In this document: piece by piece, positions 63,844 through 64,000 of the stretch
Layout of the letters: every line of letters starts with the position of its first letter
Numbering within the stretch: the first letter of the stretch is position 1
Source of the DNA: Styela clava
Taxonomy: Eukaryota
Assembly: GCF_964204865.1 (NCBI RefSeq)
Contig: NC_135252.1
Coordinates: 5,456,001-5,520,000 of the forward strand
DNA: 64,000 bases
Direction: 5' to 3'
Made by a program: the position numbers and the translations under genes
Notes under the pieces: model-generated
The model's database searches: none
The model's input: only the letters and a program-made list of their open reading frames with translations
Told to the model about the DNA's origin: nothing

Positions 63844-64000
63844 GTATGTAAATACAAAAACATCGTTAAAAATTATTATGATATTCTATGATATTTTTTA
63901 TTTATCTCATATTCCTAAACTGAATAAGATACACAGGATTGTCTAAATTAGCGTTATCGTGAATAAACGTATCGTACCATTTTAAAATAAACCACCTTTT

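Overview
AT-rich, intron-dense animal genomic DNA. An invertebrate chordate such as an ascidian is my inference from gene style, not something the sequence proves. The ORF track mostly shows exon fragments, so I built the gene models by hand from splice signals and reading frame. There are four genes. (1) A complete 15-exon PLAT + lipoxygenase gene (+, 817-8448, 686 aa) with an N-terminal MGCCSSK acylation motif and one GC-AG intron. (2) A convergent GT10 alpha-1,3-fucosyltransferase-like gene (-, 11892-9603) with signs of decay. (3) A ~52-exon gene (+, 21401-47024, ~2030 aa) for a secreted protein with ~45 EGF modules, no transmembrane segment, His-rich then Ca-binding then Tyr/Lys-rich blocks, and a very basic SPKK-repeat tail. 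It is still expanding by exon duplication. (4) The 5' part of a clade A fibrillar collagen (+, from ~51583, running off the window). Introns and intergenic DNA hold several MITE families, a Helentron-type element, L1/Tx1 fragments, a hAT transposase relic and a minisatellite. The best leads are the EGF/SPKK protein as a candidate bioadhesive or matrix protein, a hairpin over the collagen start codon that resembles the vertebrate LARP6-binding collagen 5' stem-loop, and a lipoxygenase predicted to be doubly acylated.
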